Shown in pieces: positions 7,024 to 16,670 of a stretch of 64,000 nt of DNA. The first letter of the stretch is position 1; every line of letters starts with the position of its first letter. Position numbers and translations under genes: made by a program. The notes below the pieces were generated by a model. That model did not search any database. It was not told the DNA's origin and worked only from the letters and a program-made list of their open reading frames with translations. This stretch comes from Salinivirgaceae bacterium (GTDB lineage Bacteria; Bacteroidota; Bacteroidia; Bacteroidales; SZUA-534), in contig JAKSOL010000010.1 in the NCBI GenBank assembly GCA_024405635.1, positions 2,128 through 66,127 of the forward strand, read 5' to 3'.

Positions 7024-9078
7024 TTAATTCTCAGGATATGTTGCAACCTTTTTAATCGAATAATCTTTAGCGTAGTTAATTATATAAATAGCCGTATTTT
7101 GATAACCTCCCTGATCGGTTGTTGGCATAAAGTTTAGCGATGTTTGCAACAATGGTACTTTATGGAACATTATTGCACGACGAAAATCTCTACCATATTT
7201 ATTCAATGCCGAACAGAAATATGTTGTTATATCGTAAGCCTGAAAAGCGGTTTTGCTAGGTTCAATTTTAAACATATTTCGGAACTGACTTACAAACTCA
7301 ATTATCTGTGGTTCAGAATAGTTTATATATGAATTTGACAGAAAATGCATGTTTGTATTAAACAAGTTATCAATGTCAATACTCTCAAACATTTCCCATC
7401 GGCTTTGACCAAACACCGTAATGTCGTACTCGTATGAGTAACCGTTTATCTTTCCAATCACGTCGGTTACAAACGAACGGTCGGTTGATGGAATAATAAC
7501 AATATTCTCTCTTCCTTTTACAAACGCACTATTGAGCAAATCTCCATTTGCATTAAAATAGTAATACTCATGATAACGAACTTGGTCAAGGTTATCGCTA
7601 CTAATAGTTGAATAAAGCTGACGTTTAAATTCTGAAATGTAATCTTGCTCTTGACTATTTCCGTTATGAATAACTATGTAGTTTTTAGAATCGACTTGTG
7701 TTAAAAATTCTGCCACATACTTCATTTGAATATCAAACGATGGGCTTACCTGAAAAGCATACGGGTTATGTGTAATAAAATCGTTTTTAACCGACAATGG
7801 CGACACAATGTTTATTTGATGCTCCCAAGCATAATCGCCAACTACCGATAGTTCGCCACTAAATGCTGGACCAATAAACAAATCGAAGTTTGATAAATCG
7901 GTGGTTTTCAAATAGTTTGCAATATATGTACTATCGCCACGAGTATCAATTATTTTAACATTGAACGACATTCCTTTGCTCTTTAAATCTTGCAAAGCCA
8001 ACATTGCTCCAATGTAGAAATCAACAAACATTTTTGATTTGCCATATATCTTTCCAGTGCCGTCGCCCCAACCCGCTGTATCGCTCATATTTAGATACAA
8101 TGGCAAGAAGAAAGCTACATTGTACGATTTTTCGGTATCAATTTGAGCATTCATAAATTCAACCATCTCTTGCTTGTTAGCCGAGTAGTCGTTTATGCGA
8201 AGTTGCTCTTGTTCTTTTTGCTTAATCGCCGAACTATCAACCTTTGCAACCAACTCTGTTTCAGACATTACCATTGAGCTTCCCTTTGGTATGCGTATTA
8301 TTTCACCTTCTTGCAATCCTCGTTTTTTCAAATCGGGATTAAGTTTCAAAATCTGCTTATCGGATATATTGTATTTGCGGGCTATACCATACAAAGTTTC
8401 TTGTTTGGCAACTTTATGCCAATCGCATTCTTCCTCAGCAACAGCAGCAACTGCCTCTTTTGCAGGTATTTTAAGCGATTCGCCTATTTGTATTGAACGT
8501 GTTTTTATTTCTTGATTCAAAGCCTCAATTTCTTCAACCGAAACATGATACTGACGCGATATGCCAAACAGAGTTTCTTGTTTCTTAACTACGTGCAGAA
8601 TAAAAGAATTATCGTCAATAGCAGGTTCTTCAAACTCGGTATTTTGTTCGGTTTTATTGGCCACTTCTTGTGCACGAAAACGTAAACGGTCGCCTATGCG
8701 AATACCAAGTTCAGTTCCTGGGTTAAGTTCATACAATTCTGAAACCGTACAACCATAGCGCTTTGATAGGTTGTATGGTGTATCGCCTTTTTCTACTTTG
8801 TGGTAAATGTAGGTTGAGTTAACTACAGGCTCTTGCTTAACTCTAACTTTAATGTATTGGTTGGGATGAATAACGTATGCTGCTTGTGGGTTATCGGCAA
8901 TAAGAGTATCAACTGGCACCTCGTACTGGCGACTTATGGCGCTCAATGTTTCTCCTTGTCGAATAATGTGCATATAATATTCGCGACCGTTGAGCAACAC
9001 TTTATTATTTTGAGCATTTACGGCTGCGGCTAATAAAAGTCCTATTGATAGTATCCAAAAACGTTTCATATTGTGCAT
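7024..9078 (-). CDS. Secreted protein with four LysM repeats and a C-terminal type-I periplasmic-binding-protein-like domain
   Basis: There is a signal peptide (MKRFWILSIGLLLAAAVNAQ) and four LysM-like repeats (..GETLSAISRQYEV.., ..GDTPYNLSKRYGC.., ..QETLFGISRQYHV.., ..QETLYGIARKYNI..). A roughly 380-aa C-terminal domain follows. An alternative ATG start lies at 9069. Confidence 0.8.
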   Translation of the reverse strand: MHNMKRFWILSIGLLLAAAVNAQNNKVLLNGREYYMHIIRQGETLSAISRQYEVPVDTLIADNPQAAYVIHPNQYIKVRVKQEPVVNSTYIYHKVEKGDTPYNLSKRYGCTVSELYELNPGTELGIRIGDRLRFRAQEVANKTEQNTEFEEPAIDDNSFILHVVKKQETLFGISRQYHVSVEEIEALNQEIKTRSIQIGESLKIPAKEAVAAVAEEECDWHKVAKQETLYGIARKYNISDKQILKLNPDLKKRGLQEGEIIRIPKGSSMVMSETELVAKVDSSAIKQKEQEQLRINDYSANKQEMVEFMNAQIDTEKSYNVAFFLPLYLNMSDTAGWGDGTGKIYGKSKMFVDFYIGAMLALQDLKSKGMSFNVKIIDTRGDSTYIANYLKTTDLSNFDLFIGPAFSGELSVVGDYAWEHQINIVSPLSVKNDFITHNPYAFQVSPSFDIQMKYVAEFLTQVDSKNYIVIHNGNSQEQDYISEFKRQLYSTISSDNLDQVRYHEYYYFNANGDLLNSAFVKGRENIVIIPSTDRSFVTDVIGKINGYSYEYDITVFGQSRWEMFESIDIDNLFNTNMHFLSNSYINYSEPQIIEFVSQFRNMFKIEPSKTAFQAYDITTYFCSALNKYGRDFRRAIMFHKVPLLQTSLNFMPTTDQGGYQNTAIYIINYAKDYSIKKVATYPEN

Positions 9079-9088
9079 AAACGAATTG

Positions 9089-9096
9089 CAAAGTTA
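9089..9096 (-). promoter_or_regulatory. Bacteroidota-type -7 promoter box (TAACTTTG)
   Basis: Exact match to TAnnTTTG on the minus strand, just upstream of the LysM gene start codons at 9078 and 9069. Confidence 0.4.
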
Positions 9097-9208
9097 ACAA
9101 AGTTTGCCAAGAAACCTTTTGCTGTTGACCTTTAACCACAAGCATTTGACAAACATAAGTTACAGACAGAACTCTATCTTTTTTAACAAACCAAAATTGA
9201 ACCACAAA

Positions 9209-10708
9209 CTATTGATAAGTTTGAAACGCAAACCCCAGGTTGTTTATTATATCAGATGCCACAAGCGACTGATACCCAACCTCTTCAGCTGCAATATCGC
9301 CTGCCAATCCATGAACAAACACTCCAAGACGTGCTGCCATGTCTGGTTTATAGCCTTGAGCTAATAAGCCAAGCACAACACCTGTAAGAACATCGCCACT
9401 GCCTGCTGTTGCCATTCCCGGATTTCCGGTCGAATTAAAAAATACATTTCCGTTGGGCAAAGCAATGGTGGTGTATGCGCCTTTAAGCACCACAATAATC
9501 TGTTGCGATTTTGCAAGTTCAATTTGTGTAGTAAAACGCTCGTAACCTGATTGATGTTTGTGCGTAAGTCGGTCAAATTCACCAGGATGTGGAGTTATTA
9601 TAGTAAATGGAGGCAGTTTATCGAGCAATTCTTTTTTATCGGCAATTATATTAAGTGCATCAGCATCAATAACTAAAGGAACTTTTGCATTGCTCAAAAT
9701 TTGTTCAACAACATTACGCATTTCAGCTCGTTTGCCAAGTCCGGGACCTATTCCAATTGCCGAAAAACGTTGTAAATTTTCCACTTTACAAAACTCTTGT
9801 TCAGTTGCATCAACATTTACAATAGCCTCTGGTACTGCTATTTGCATTATTTGATATTCGCTTTCGGGTACATGTGTGGTTAGCAATCCAACTCCAGAGC
9901 GCAAACACGATTTACTTGCCAACACTGATGCCCCCATCATGCAATGGCTGCCAGCAACTAACAGTGCATGACCAAATGTTCCTTTGTGCGAGAATCGTTT
10001 GCGAGGTTGTTTTTCTGCTACTAAATTGTTGTCTTGAAAGAAAAACTGCGACTCTTGTGCATCAATAAAAGCCTTATCCAATCCTATTGGCAACACATGC
10101 CAATAGCCAACAAACTGTTCATTTTCAGCAAAAAAGAACGGCAGTTTAGGCATTTCAAGTGTTAGCGTGTGCGAAGCCTTAATTATCGGTCCGCCGTTGC
10201 AACTATTGTCCCACGCAATCAATCCCGATGGCACATCAATCGATATAACTGTGGAGTTTGAATTGTTGATGTGGTTTACAAAATCGGCCCAATAAGCCGT
10301 TATTTCACGGTTAAGTCCCGAGCCAAAAATGCCATCAACCACAACTGTAGTTGCATCAATTTGCGGCAGTGTATCACTTGGGGCAATTTCTACAACATGT
10401 ATCAGTTTTTTCAACCTTTGAAGGTTTATTGCGCAATCGGCCGAAGGTTGTGATGCTATTTTTAGGTAATATGCTGTAATATTCTTGTAACCAGATTCTA
10501 TTAACAATCGAGCAACAGCCAAAGCATCGCCACCGTTGTTGCCTGAACCTGCAAAAACTGCAAATTGTGTTTCAGCATCAAACTCATTTAATAACCAAGA
10601 AACCAATTGGTTAGATGCTCGCTCCATCAAATCTATCGACTTAATAGGTTCGTTATCAATTGTTGCTCGGTCGCAAGCTCTTATCTGTTCTGGTGTAAGT
10701 ATTTTCAT
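9209..10708 (-). CDS. nnr: Bifunctional NAD(P)H-hydrate repair enzyme (epimerase/ADP-dependent dehydratase)
   Basis: The YjeF-N motif AGSGNNGGDA and the C-terminal carbohydrate-kinase motif GSGDVLTG are present. The ATG at 10708 (MKILTPEQIR) is preferred over the 40-codon upstream extension. Confidence 0.9.
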   Translation of the reverse strand: MKILTPEQIRACDRATIDNEPIKSIDLMERASNQLVSWLLNEFDAETQFAVFAGSGNNGGDALAVARLLIESGYKNITAYYLKIASQPSADCAINLQRLKKLIHVVEIAPSDTLPQIDATTVVVDGIFGSGLNREITAYWADFVNHINNSNSTVISIDVPSGLIAWDNSCNGGPIIKASHTLTLEMPKLPFFFAENEQFVGYWHVLPIGLDKAFIDAQESQFFFQDNNLVAEKQPRKRFSHKGTFGHALLVAGSHCMMGASVLASKSCLRSGVGLLTTHVPESEYQIMQIAVPEAIVNVDATEQEFCKVENLQRFSAIGIGPGLGKRAEMRNVVEQILSNAKVPLVIDADALNIIADKKELLDKLPPFTIITPHPGEFDRLTHKHQSGYERFTTQIELAKSQQIIVVLKGAYTTIALPNGNVFFNSTGNPGMATAGSGDVLTGVVLGLLAQGYKPDMAARLGVFVHGLAGDIAAEEVGYQSLVASDIINNLGFAFQTYQ

Positions 10709-10858
10709 TTTGCTGTTTTTTTTGCGATTATAGTTAGAAAAGCCATAAAGTTGACTTGTAATTGCCACCAAATAAAGCAATAGTAGCATTTTGAAAAACT
10801 TGATTCGGCATAACAAATGAGCTTGCAACTTTCCGCTTTACCAACTATTTAACTCAAT

Positions 10859-10866
10859 TATCTTTG
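10859..10866 (+). promoter_or_regulatory. Bacteroidota-type -7 promoter box (TATCTTTG)
   Basis: Exact TAnnTTTG match 21 nt upstream of the ATG at 10887. Confidence 0.45.
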
Positions 10867-10886
10867 TCGCATCAAATATTAGCCCT

Positions 10887-12266
10887 ATGTTAAGCCGACA
10901 AAGGTTATTTAACTTAAAGAGTCTCAACGGATTACAACGCCGACTTGCGTTATTGGCAGGTCCAATTTTTATGGAAACACTGCTAGTAATGACACTTGGA
11001 GCCGTTGACACCATAATGTTGAGCCAACACTCCGATAATAGTGTGGCCGCAGTTGGTTTGGTAAACCAATTAATTAGCATGGTTTTTTTGGTGTTTGAGG
11101 TAACCGCACTAGGCACATCAATACTATGCTCACAATACATTGGCGCCAAATTACGCAACAAAGTTGTGCAAACTGTAGGAGTATCAATAGTGCTAAACAC
11201 CGTGTTTGGCATTGTGGTAAGTGCATTGTTCTACTTTTGCTCAACTGGCATATTGAACCTTATGGGTGTTCGCCCCGAATTGATGCCCGATGCCTATTGT
11301 TACATGCGAATTGTTGGCTCGCTTGCCTTTGTTCAAGCCATTTCTATGGCCATATCGGCCTCGTTACGTGCAGCTGACAAAGCTTTTTACCCCATGATGG
11401 TTACTTTGGTGGTAAACATTCTAAACATTATAGGTAACTACTCGCTCATATTCGGAAAGTTTGGCATGCCTGCTCTTGGAGTTGAAGGTGCTGCCATCAG
11501 TACCGCAATAAGTCGCGCTATTGCTATGGTGGTGTTATTTATTTTGCTAAAACGAAAACATGTTCGCCACTTTCCTCGCGAATTGTTCAAACCTTTTCCT
11601 TTTATTGAATTGCGAAATTTGCTACGCATAGGTTTGCCATCGGCAGGCGAACAGATATCATATAGTTTGTCGCAAGTGGTAATAACATTTATGATAAACT
11701 TTATCAGCAACGAAGCTCTTGCCGCCAAAACATATTGCTCAAACATTATCATGTTTGGCTTTATATTTTCAATTGCAATGGGTCAAGGCGGCGCCATTTG
11801 CATCGGACACCTGGTTGGCAACCGCAAACCTCACGCTGCATTTGTGCTTGGCAAAATGGTGATGCGGCTAGCCATAATTGTATCAATTATACTTGCCATT
11901 GTGGTAGCTATTGGAGGCCGATTTGTGTTTGGTTATCTAACTGACAATCAAGAAATTATTCGAATGGGCATCATCATTTTATGGATAGATGTTGTGCTTG
12001 AATTTGGTCGTGCAGTAAACATTTTTGCGGTAAATGCACTGCGTTCGTCTGGCGATGTTTACTTCCCTGTTTTGCTCAGTATAATTGTAACATGGGGCGT
12101 TTCTGTTTGCTTTAGTTACGTGTTTGGTTTATGGATGGGCTACGGACTAATTGGCATGTGGGTTGCGTTTCTGCTCGACGAAAACATTCGAGCTTTTATC
12201 TTCATTCACCGTTGGAATAGCCTTAAATGGACAAGTAAAAGTTTTGTAAAAGACGAAAACATTTAA
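10887..12266 (+). CDS. MATE family efflux transporter
   Basis: A 459-aa polytopic membrane protein with a MATE-type N-terminus (LAGPIFMETLLVMTLGAVDTIMLS) and 12-TM-like hydrophobic periodicity. Confidence 0.85.
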   Translation: MLSRQRLFNLKSLNGLQRRLALLAGPIFMETLLVMTLGAVDTIMLSQHSDNSVAAVGLVNQLISMVFLVFEVTALGTSILCSQYIGAKLRNKVVQTVGVSIVLNTVFGIVVSALFYFCSTGILNLMGVRPELMPDAYCYMRIVGSLAFVQAISMAISASLRAADKAFYPMMVTLVVNILNIIGNYSLIFGKFGMPALGVEGAAISTAISRAIAMVVLFILLKRKHVRHFPRELFKPFPFIELRNLLRIGLPSAGEQISYSLSQVVITFMINFISNEALAAKTYCSNIIMFGFIFSIAMGQGGAICIGHLVGNRKPHAAFVLGKMVMRLAIIVSIILAIVVAIGGRFVFGYLTDNQEIIRMGIIILWIDVVLEFGRAVNIFAVNALRSSGDVYFPVLLSIIVTWGVSVCFSYVFGLWMGYGLIGMWVAFLLDENIRAFIFIHRWNSLKWTSKSFVKDENI

Positions 12267-12319
12267 CATAACAAGCATAAACACAGTATTTTCGTAGCAT
12301 AAACATCACAATACCAACT

Positions 12320-13345
12320 ATGACTAAAACCGCAGTTGTAATATTAAATTGGAACGGAGAAAAATTCCTAGAGCAATTTATGCCGTCGGTAACAACAAAC
12401 ACCACCGCTCCCAACACCGAAATTTGGGTAGCCGACAATGGTTCTACCGACAATAGCATAAAATTTTTGCAACAAAATTATCCAAACGTTCACACGCTGC
12501 TTTTCGATAAAAACTACGGATTTACAGGCGGTTACAACCGAGCGTTAGCAAAAATTGAAGCCGAATACTTTGTGTTATTAAACTCAGACATTGAAGTTGC
12601 TCCAAATTGGCTTGAACCTTTGGTTAACTACATGGACAACAACCACAATGTTGCGGCATCAATGCCAAAAATTCTTCAGTTTGCCGACAAAACTAAGTTT
12701 GAATATGCAGGTGCTGCGGGAGGATTTATTGATTGCTACGGATTCCCTTTTTGCCGTGGTCGTGTGCTCAGCAACGTTGAAACCGACAACGGACAATACA
12801 ACGACGTATGTGATATTTTTTGGGCAACCGGCGCTTGTCTTATGATTCGCAGTGATCTATTCCGAAAAAGCGGTGGACTTGATGAGGCCTTTTTTGCTCA
12901 CATGGAAGAAATTGACCTTTGCTGGAGGCTGAAAAATATGGGACATCGTATTGTTGTTGTTCCCCAATCGGTTGTTTATCACGTTGGCGGAGGAACTTTG
13001 CCAAATAATAGTCCACGAAAACTTTTCCTAAACTATCGAAACTGTTTGTGGATGATGTACAAAAACTTGCCAACAAAAAAATTTCATCGCACTTTGTTTA
13101 TGCGCATGGTGCTTGATGGGCTTTCAGCATGTATGTATTTAGTAAAACTGCAATTCAGTTTCTTTTGGGCAGTACCACGCGCACATTTTGCCTTTTACAG
13201 CGAACTGAAAAACCTCCGCGCCAAACGTGCTGATTTAAAAGCAAATAGAACAATTTTCACAATTCACCCCGAAGTCCTCAAACATAGTTTTGTACTTAAA
13301 GTTTATTTGGGAGGTAAAAAAACATTTGCCGATTTAATGAAATAA
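12320..13345 (+). CDS. Glycosyltransferase family 2
   Basis: Motifs seen: VVILNWNG, ADNGSTDNS, NYGFTGGYN and LLNSDIEV (DXD-type). This matches a GT-A fold GT2. Confidence 0.85.
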   Translation: MTKTAVVILNWNGEKFLEQFMPSVTTNTTAPNTEIWVADNGSTDNSIKFLQQNYPNVHTLLFDKNYGFTGGYNRALAKIEAEYFVLLNSDIEVAPNWLEPLVNYMDNNHNVAASMPKILQFADKTKFEYAGAAGGFIDCYGFPFCRGRVLSNVETDNGQYNDVCDIFWATGACLMIRSDLFRKSGGLDEAFFAHMEEIDLCWRLKNMGHRIVVVPQSVVYHVGGGTLPNNSPRKLFLNYRNCLWMMYKNLPTKKFHRTLFMRMVLDGLSACMYLVKLQFSFFWAVPRAHFAFYSELKNLRAKRADLKANRTIFTIHPEVLKHSFVLKVYLGGKKTFADLMK

Positions 13346-13461
13346 ACACACCATTACCTAATAGTGCTTATTAAAGTATAGAGTTTAGTTTGTAATAATT
13401 GCAAATAGCAAGAAACTGTTTTAGCCAACAGGTTTTTGCTAAGCAACTTTAAGCTCTCGGC

Positions 13462-14610
13462 TCACTCCATTACATCAATAATCTCAATATCGAATATCAT
13501 ATCAGAATTGGCTGGGACACCTTCAACATTCTCAGAACCATAAGCCAAAAATGATGGTACAAGCAATTGAAATTTTGAACCTTTTCGCATTAAAGGCATT
13601 GCATCTTCCCAACCGTCAAGAATCATCCCCGCATTGGTTGGAAACTTAACTGGAGTTTCGCGTTTTACAGACGATTCAACCAATGTTCCATCGGTCAAAT
13701 ATGCCGAATAATGAGCTGTTACGATACTATTTGGCTGAATTGTTGTGCCTTCACCCTGCTCAAACACAACATATCCAACACCCGATGGAGTGTGTAAGGT
13801 ATCACGTCCAGCAGCATTCCATTTTTCAACAATCACTTGTGGCGACACCCGCACCAACTCAAGGTCAAGACTAATGCTAGCATTGGCAGGAACTTGTATT
13901 CCATAACCCTCGGCACCAAAAGCCAAATTACTTGGTATTAACGCTCTAACTTTAGAACCAGGTTTCATCAAGCCAAGAATATAATCCCAACCTTCAATCA
14001 CTTCGCCACCGCCCACAGTAATGCGCATTGGGTTTGATTTATGTACCGATGTACCAAAAATAGAACCATTATCAAGCCACCCCGTGTAATGAACATAAGC
14101 ATTATCTCCCTTTTTGGGTGCATTTCCTGTGCCTTCTTTTACAACATAGTATTTAATTCCATTGGGCAATTTTTTCAATTTTTTTCCTGAAATATCAAAT
14201 GGTCTAATTTGCTGATGCTTATTAACTTGAACAACTTTAATTACAAAGTGTAAAGTTGAGCCCGATGGTATATCCTCCGTTTCCAAATCGCCATAACCCA
14301 AAGTTGGAGGAACCGTTAGTTCAATAACTCCACCTTCGCCAATCAATTGTAAACCTTCTTCCCAACCTTTTATCAGCATTCCTTGCCCCAAGTAAAAGTC
14401 AATGCAGCCATATTCGGCAGTTGATGCAAACACAGTTCCATCGGTCAACATTCCTGTGTATTCAACCCAAACCTGATCGCCTTCACGTGGAGTGTTTGCA
14501 TTGCCAGCTTTTGCTATTCGGTAAACCAAGCCACTTGACGTTGTTGTTTGCGCCGATGCGCTTACTGATAACATTGTTACAGCAAAAAGTATTTTCAGTA
14601 CTCGAATCAT
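13462..14610 (-). CDS. FKBP-type peptidyl-prolyl isomerase with three tandem FKBP domains (secreted)
   Basis: There is a signal peptide (MIRVLKILFAVTMLSVSASAQ) and three repeats of the type GD.V.V.YTG.L.DG..F. The start at 14610 is preferred because the longer ORF runs through the upstream gene's terminator. Confidence 0.85.
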   Translation of the reverse strand: MIRVLKILFAVTMLSVSASAQTTTSSGLVYRIAKAGNANTPREGDQVWVEYTGMLTDGTVFASTAEYGCIDFYLGQGMLIKGWEEGLQLIGEGGVIELTVPPTLGYGDLETEDIPSGSTLHFVIKVVQVNKHQQIRPFDISGKKLKKLPNGIKYYVVKEGTGNAPKKGDNAYVHYTGWLDNGSIFGTSVHKSNPMRITVGGGEVIEGWDYILGLMKPGSKVRALIPSNLAFGAEGYGIQVPANASISLDLELVRVSPQVIVEKWNAAGRDTLHTPSGVGYVVFEQGEGTTIQPNSIVTAHYSAYLTDGTLVESSVKRETPVKFPTNAGMILDGWEDAMPLMRKGSKFQLLVPSFLAYGSENVEGVPANSDMIFDIEIIDVME

Positions 14611-14703
14611 CGTTTCGTTATGTTTATGGTGTAAAAATAAGGTTGAACACATAGACAATGCTACCCTTTTGCCAAAAAAGCAGCCACATTTGACAAATTG
14701 CAT

Positions 14704-14736
14704 AAAAAAAGGGCACAACCCATAAGAATTGTGCCC
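14704..14736 (-). terminator. Rho-independent terminator of the PNP operon
   Basis: The stem gggcacaa...ttgtgccc is followed on the minus strand by T7. Confidence 0.7.
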
Positions 14737-14757
14737 CAAGTAGTACTTTATTGAAAA

Positions 14758-15573
14758 CTATAAACTCTCAATAATTTTTGTAATCAGAACTGTAAGTTTC
14801 GGAGCAACCGAATTAGCTACATTCTGAACTTCTTCGTGAGTTGTTTCACCATTTGGGTCGGCAGGTTTTGAGCCGTTAGTTACAACCGACAAGCCAAAAA
14901 CACGCATTCCTTGATGATGAGCCACAATAACTTCTGGAACGGTTGACATTCCAGTTGTGTCGGCACCCAAAAGTCGCAACATACGGTATTCGGCAGGAGT
15001 TTCAAGAGTTGGTCCTGAACTTCCCACATAAACACCCTCTTGCAACTTAAATCCATTGTTTGCTGCAATTTGATGAGCTCGGTTTATCAACTCGCGGTCG
15101 TATGTTTTACTCATATCGGGAAAACGCACACCTAACTCATCAATATTTTTTCCAATAAGCGGATTGTGTGGAAAATTATTGATATGGTCGTTAATAACCA
15201 TAATATCGCCTGTTGCATAATCAGGGTTAAGACCACCAGCGGCATTTGACACCACCAAAGTTTCAACTCCCAAAAACTTCATTACACGAATTGGGAATGT
15301 AACCTGATCCATTGAGTAGCCTTCGTAATAGTGGAAACGACCTTGCATTGCCACTACTTTTTTCCCACCTAGGGTACCTAAAATCAACTGGCCTTTGTGT
15401 CCCTCAACAGTTGAAATTGGGAACCCCACAATATCTTTGTACTGAATAATTTTGTCGGCAACAATAACATCGGCCAAGCCTCCCAAACCACTGCCTAGCA
15501 CTATGCCCACAGTAGGTTTGTAGTTTAAACCCGACAAGATAAACTCTGCCGCTTTTTTGAATTTTTCAGTCAT
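14758..15573 (-). CDS. Purine nucleoside phosphorylase (trimeric PNP family)
   Basis: Motifs seen: GSGLGGLAD, VAMQGRFHYYEGY, VSNAAGGLN, GPTLETPAEYRML and GADTTGMSTVPEV. Confidence 0.9.
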   Translation of the reverse strand: MTEKFKKAAEFILSGLNYKPTVGIVLGSGLGGLADVIVADKIIQYKDIVGFPISTVEGHKGQLILGTLGGKKVVAMQGRFHYYEGYSMDQVTFPIRVMKFLGVETLVVSNAAGGLNPDYATGDIMVINDHINNFPHNPLIGKNIDELGVRFPDMSKTYDRELINRAHQIAANNGFKLQEGVYVGSSGPTLETPAEYRMLRLLGADTTGMSTVPEVIVAHHQGMRVFGLSVVTNGSKPADPNGETTHEEVQNVANSVAPKLTVLITKIIESL

Positions 15574-15574
15574 A

Positions 15575-15841
15575 TTATTTTTTGTTTATCAAAGCTTGCA
15601 ATTCTGACAAAATTGCATCCACACCGTCAACCAATTCTTTTTTAATTGCTGAGTAGTGTTTTTTATCGCCTTTGGTATAAACTTTTGTCATTGTTGCATT
15701 GTACAAGTCCATAGTTTTATTGAAAAGTGCCTCAATTTCAGCATCTTTTTCAGCATTCAAGAACGATGCAACGCTGCAATCTGAAAGTACTTCGTAAACT
15801 AAGCCGTTAATTTCTTTTTTAAGGGTTCTAATGTTTGCCAT
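15575..15841 (-). CDS. Hypothetical small protein (88 aa)
   Basis: An intact ORF whose stop lies 1 nt before the PNP start, so the two are probably co-transcribed. It looks helical and no family was recognised. Confidence 0.6.
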   Translation of the reverse strand: MANIRTLKKEINGLVYEVLSDCSVASFLNAEKDAEIEALFNKTMDLYNATMTKVYTKGDKKHYSAIKKELVDGVDAILSELQALINKK

Positions 15842-16022
15842 AACTATAATTATTTAATGATATGAGCGAATTTACTTATTTGGTAGCACTTGTTGTTACA
15901 AATGATTGCAAAAGATTTCCACAAGCAAACGTTTTTATAACATCGGTTATACTATTTTCATTTTCAACTATATACAACACACAAGCACCCACATTCGCCA
16001 TTTCGTTTTCAACACCATAAAC

Positions 16023-16062
16023 AAAAAAAAGGCTTGCAATTTGGAGTACCTCATTGCAAGCC
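16023..16062 (-). terminator. Rho-independent terminator
   Basis: A perfect 10-bp stem (ggcttgcaat/attgcaagcc) is followed on the minus strand by T8. It lies 25 nt downstream of the 16087 stop. Confidence 0.75.
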
Positions 16063-16086
16063 CACTATTAGAAACAACTCTACATA

Positions 16087-16434
16087 TTATCTTGGTCCGC
16101 CGCCCATCATGCTAGCACGTTGTTTTTTCACCTCATCGTACTTTGTTTTTTGTTCAGGGGTCAAAACTTTTTCAATGTTAGCATCTGTTTCGTCCATTTG
16201 CTTTTTCATTGCATCAAAATCGGGCATACCTTGTGAAAAATCTGGCATTTTTTCTGCCTCAAAAATTGCCTTTACACTTGCTTGTTGTTCAGTTGTAAGT
16301 GACAATTGTTGAGTCAATTGATCAAGACGCATTTTAACAATTTCCTCTTTTGAAGGCATTTGTCCCATTGGCATTTGAGCCATTGTGCTGAATGAGGTGC
16401 AAACCAACACTGCAAGCACTGCTAAAAATCTCAT
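16087..16434 (-). CDS. Periplasmic LTXXQ-motif protein (Spy/CpxP-like)
   Basis: There is a signal peptide (MRFLAVLAVLVCTSFSTMAQ) and two LTXXQ motifs (LTTEQ, LTPEQ). The protein is helical and charged. Confidence 0.7.
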   Translation of the reverse strand: MRFLAVLAVLVCTSFSTMAQMPMGQMPSKEEIVKMRLDQLTQQLSLTTEQQASVKAIFEAEKMPDFSQGMPDFDAMKKQMDETDANIEKVLTPEQKTKYDEVKKQRASMMGGGPR

Positions 16435-16477
16435 AATGTTTAGTTTTTTTTAGTAAATAATTTGTTGTTAACGGCAG

Positions 16478-16485
16478 CAAATGTA
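16478..16485 (-). promoter_or_regulatory. Bacteroidota-type -7 promoter box (TACATTTG)
   Basis: Exact TAnnTTTG match on the minus strand, 44 nt upstream of the ATG at 16434. Confidence 0.4.
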
Positions 16486-16670
16486 TATGGCGTTTTTTCA
16501 ATATCAAGTTAGTATCTACAAACTAGGCTTTTAAACCGACAATTTGGCTATCAATGGCTATTAGTGCATTTTAACAAATTAGAATTTGCCAATATTATTG
16601 CACTACAAAAAGCACAGCAATAGCTTAATAGACAATAAATAACTAACAAATAAGGTATTGTAGAGGAATA

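Noticed and set aside
14611-14739. A 43-codon N-terminal extension of the FKBP ORF. Analogous extensions occur at 10709-10828 (nnr), 60175-60249 (etfB), 32595-32684 (CAP protein), 35776-35886 (AraC) and 37509-37559 (methyltransferase).
   Set aside because: The extensions run through terminators or promoter regions, or overlap neighbouring genes. Internal ATGs give canonical N-termini or signal peptides.
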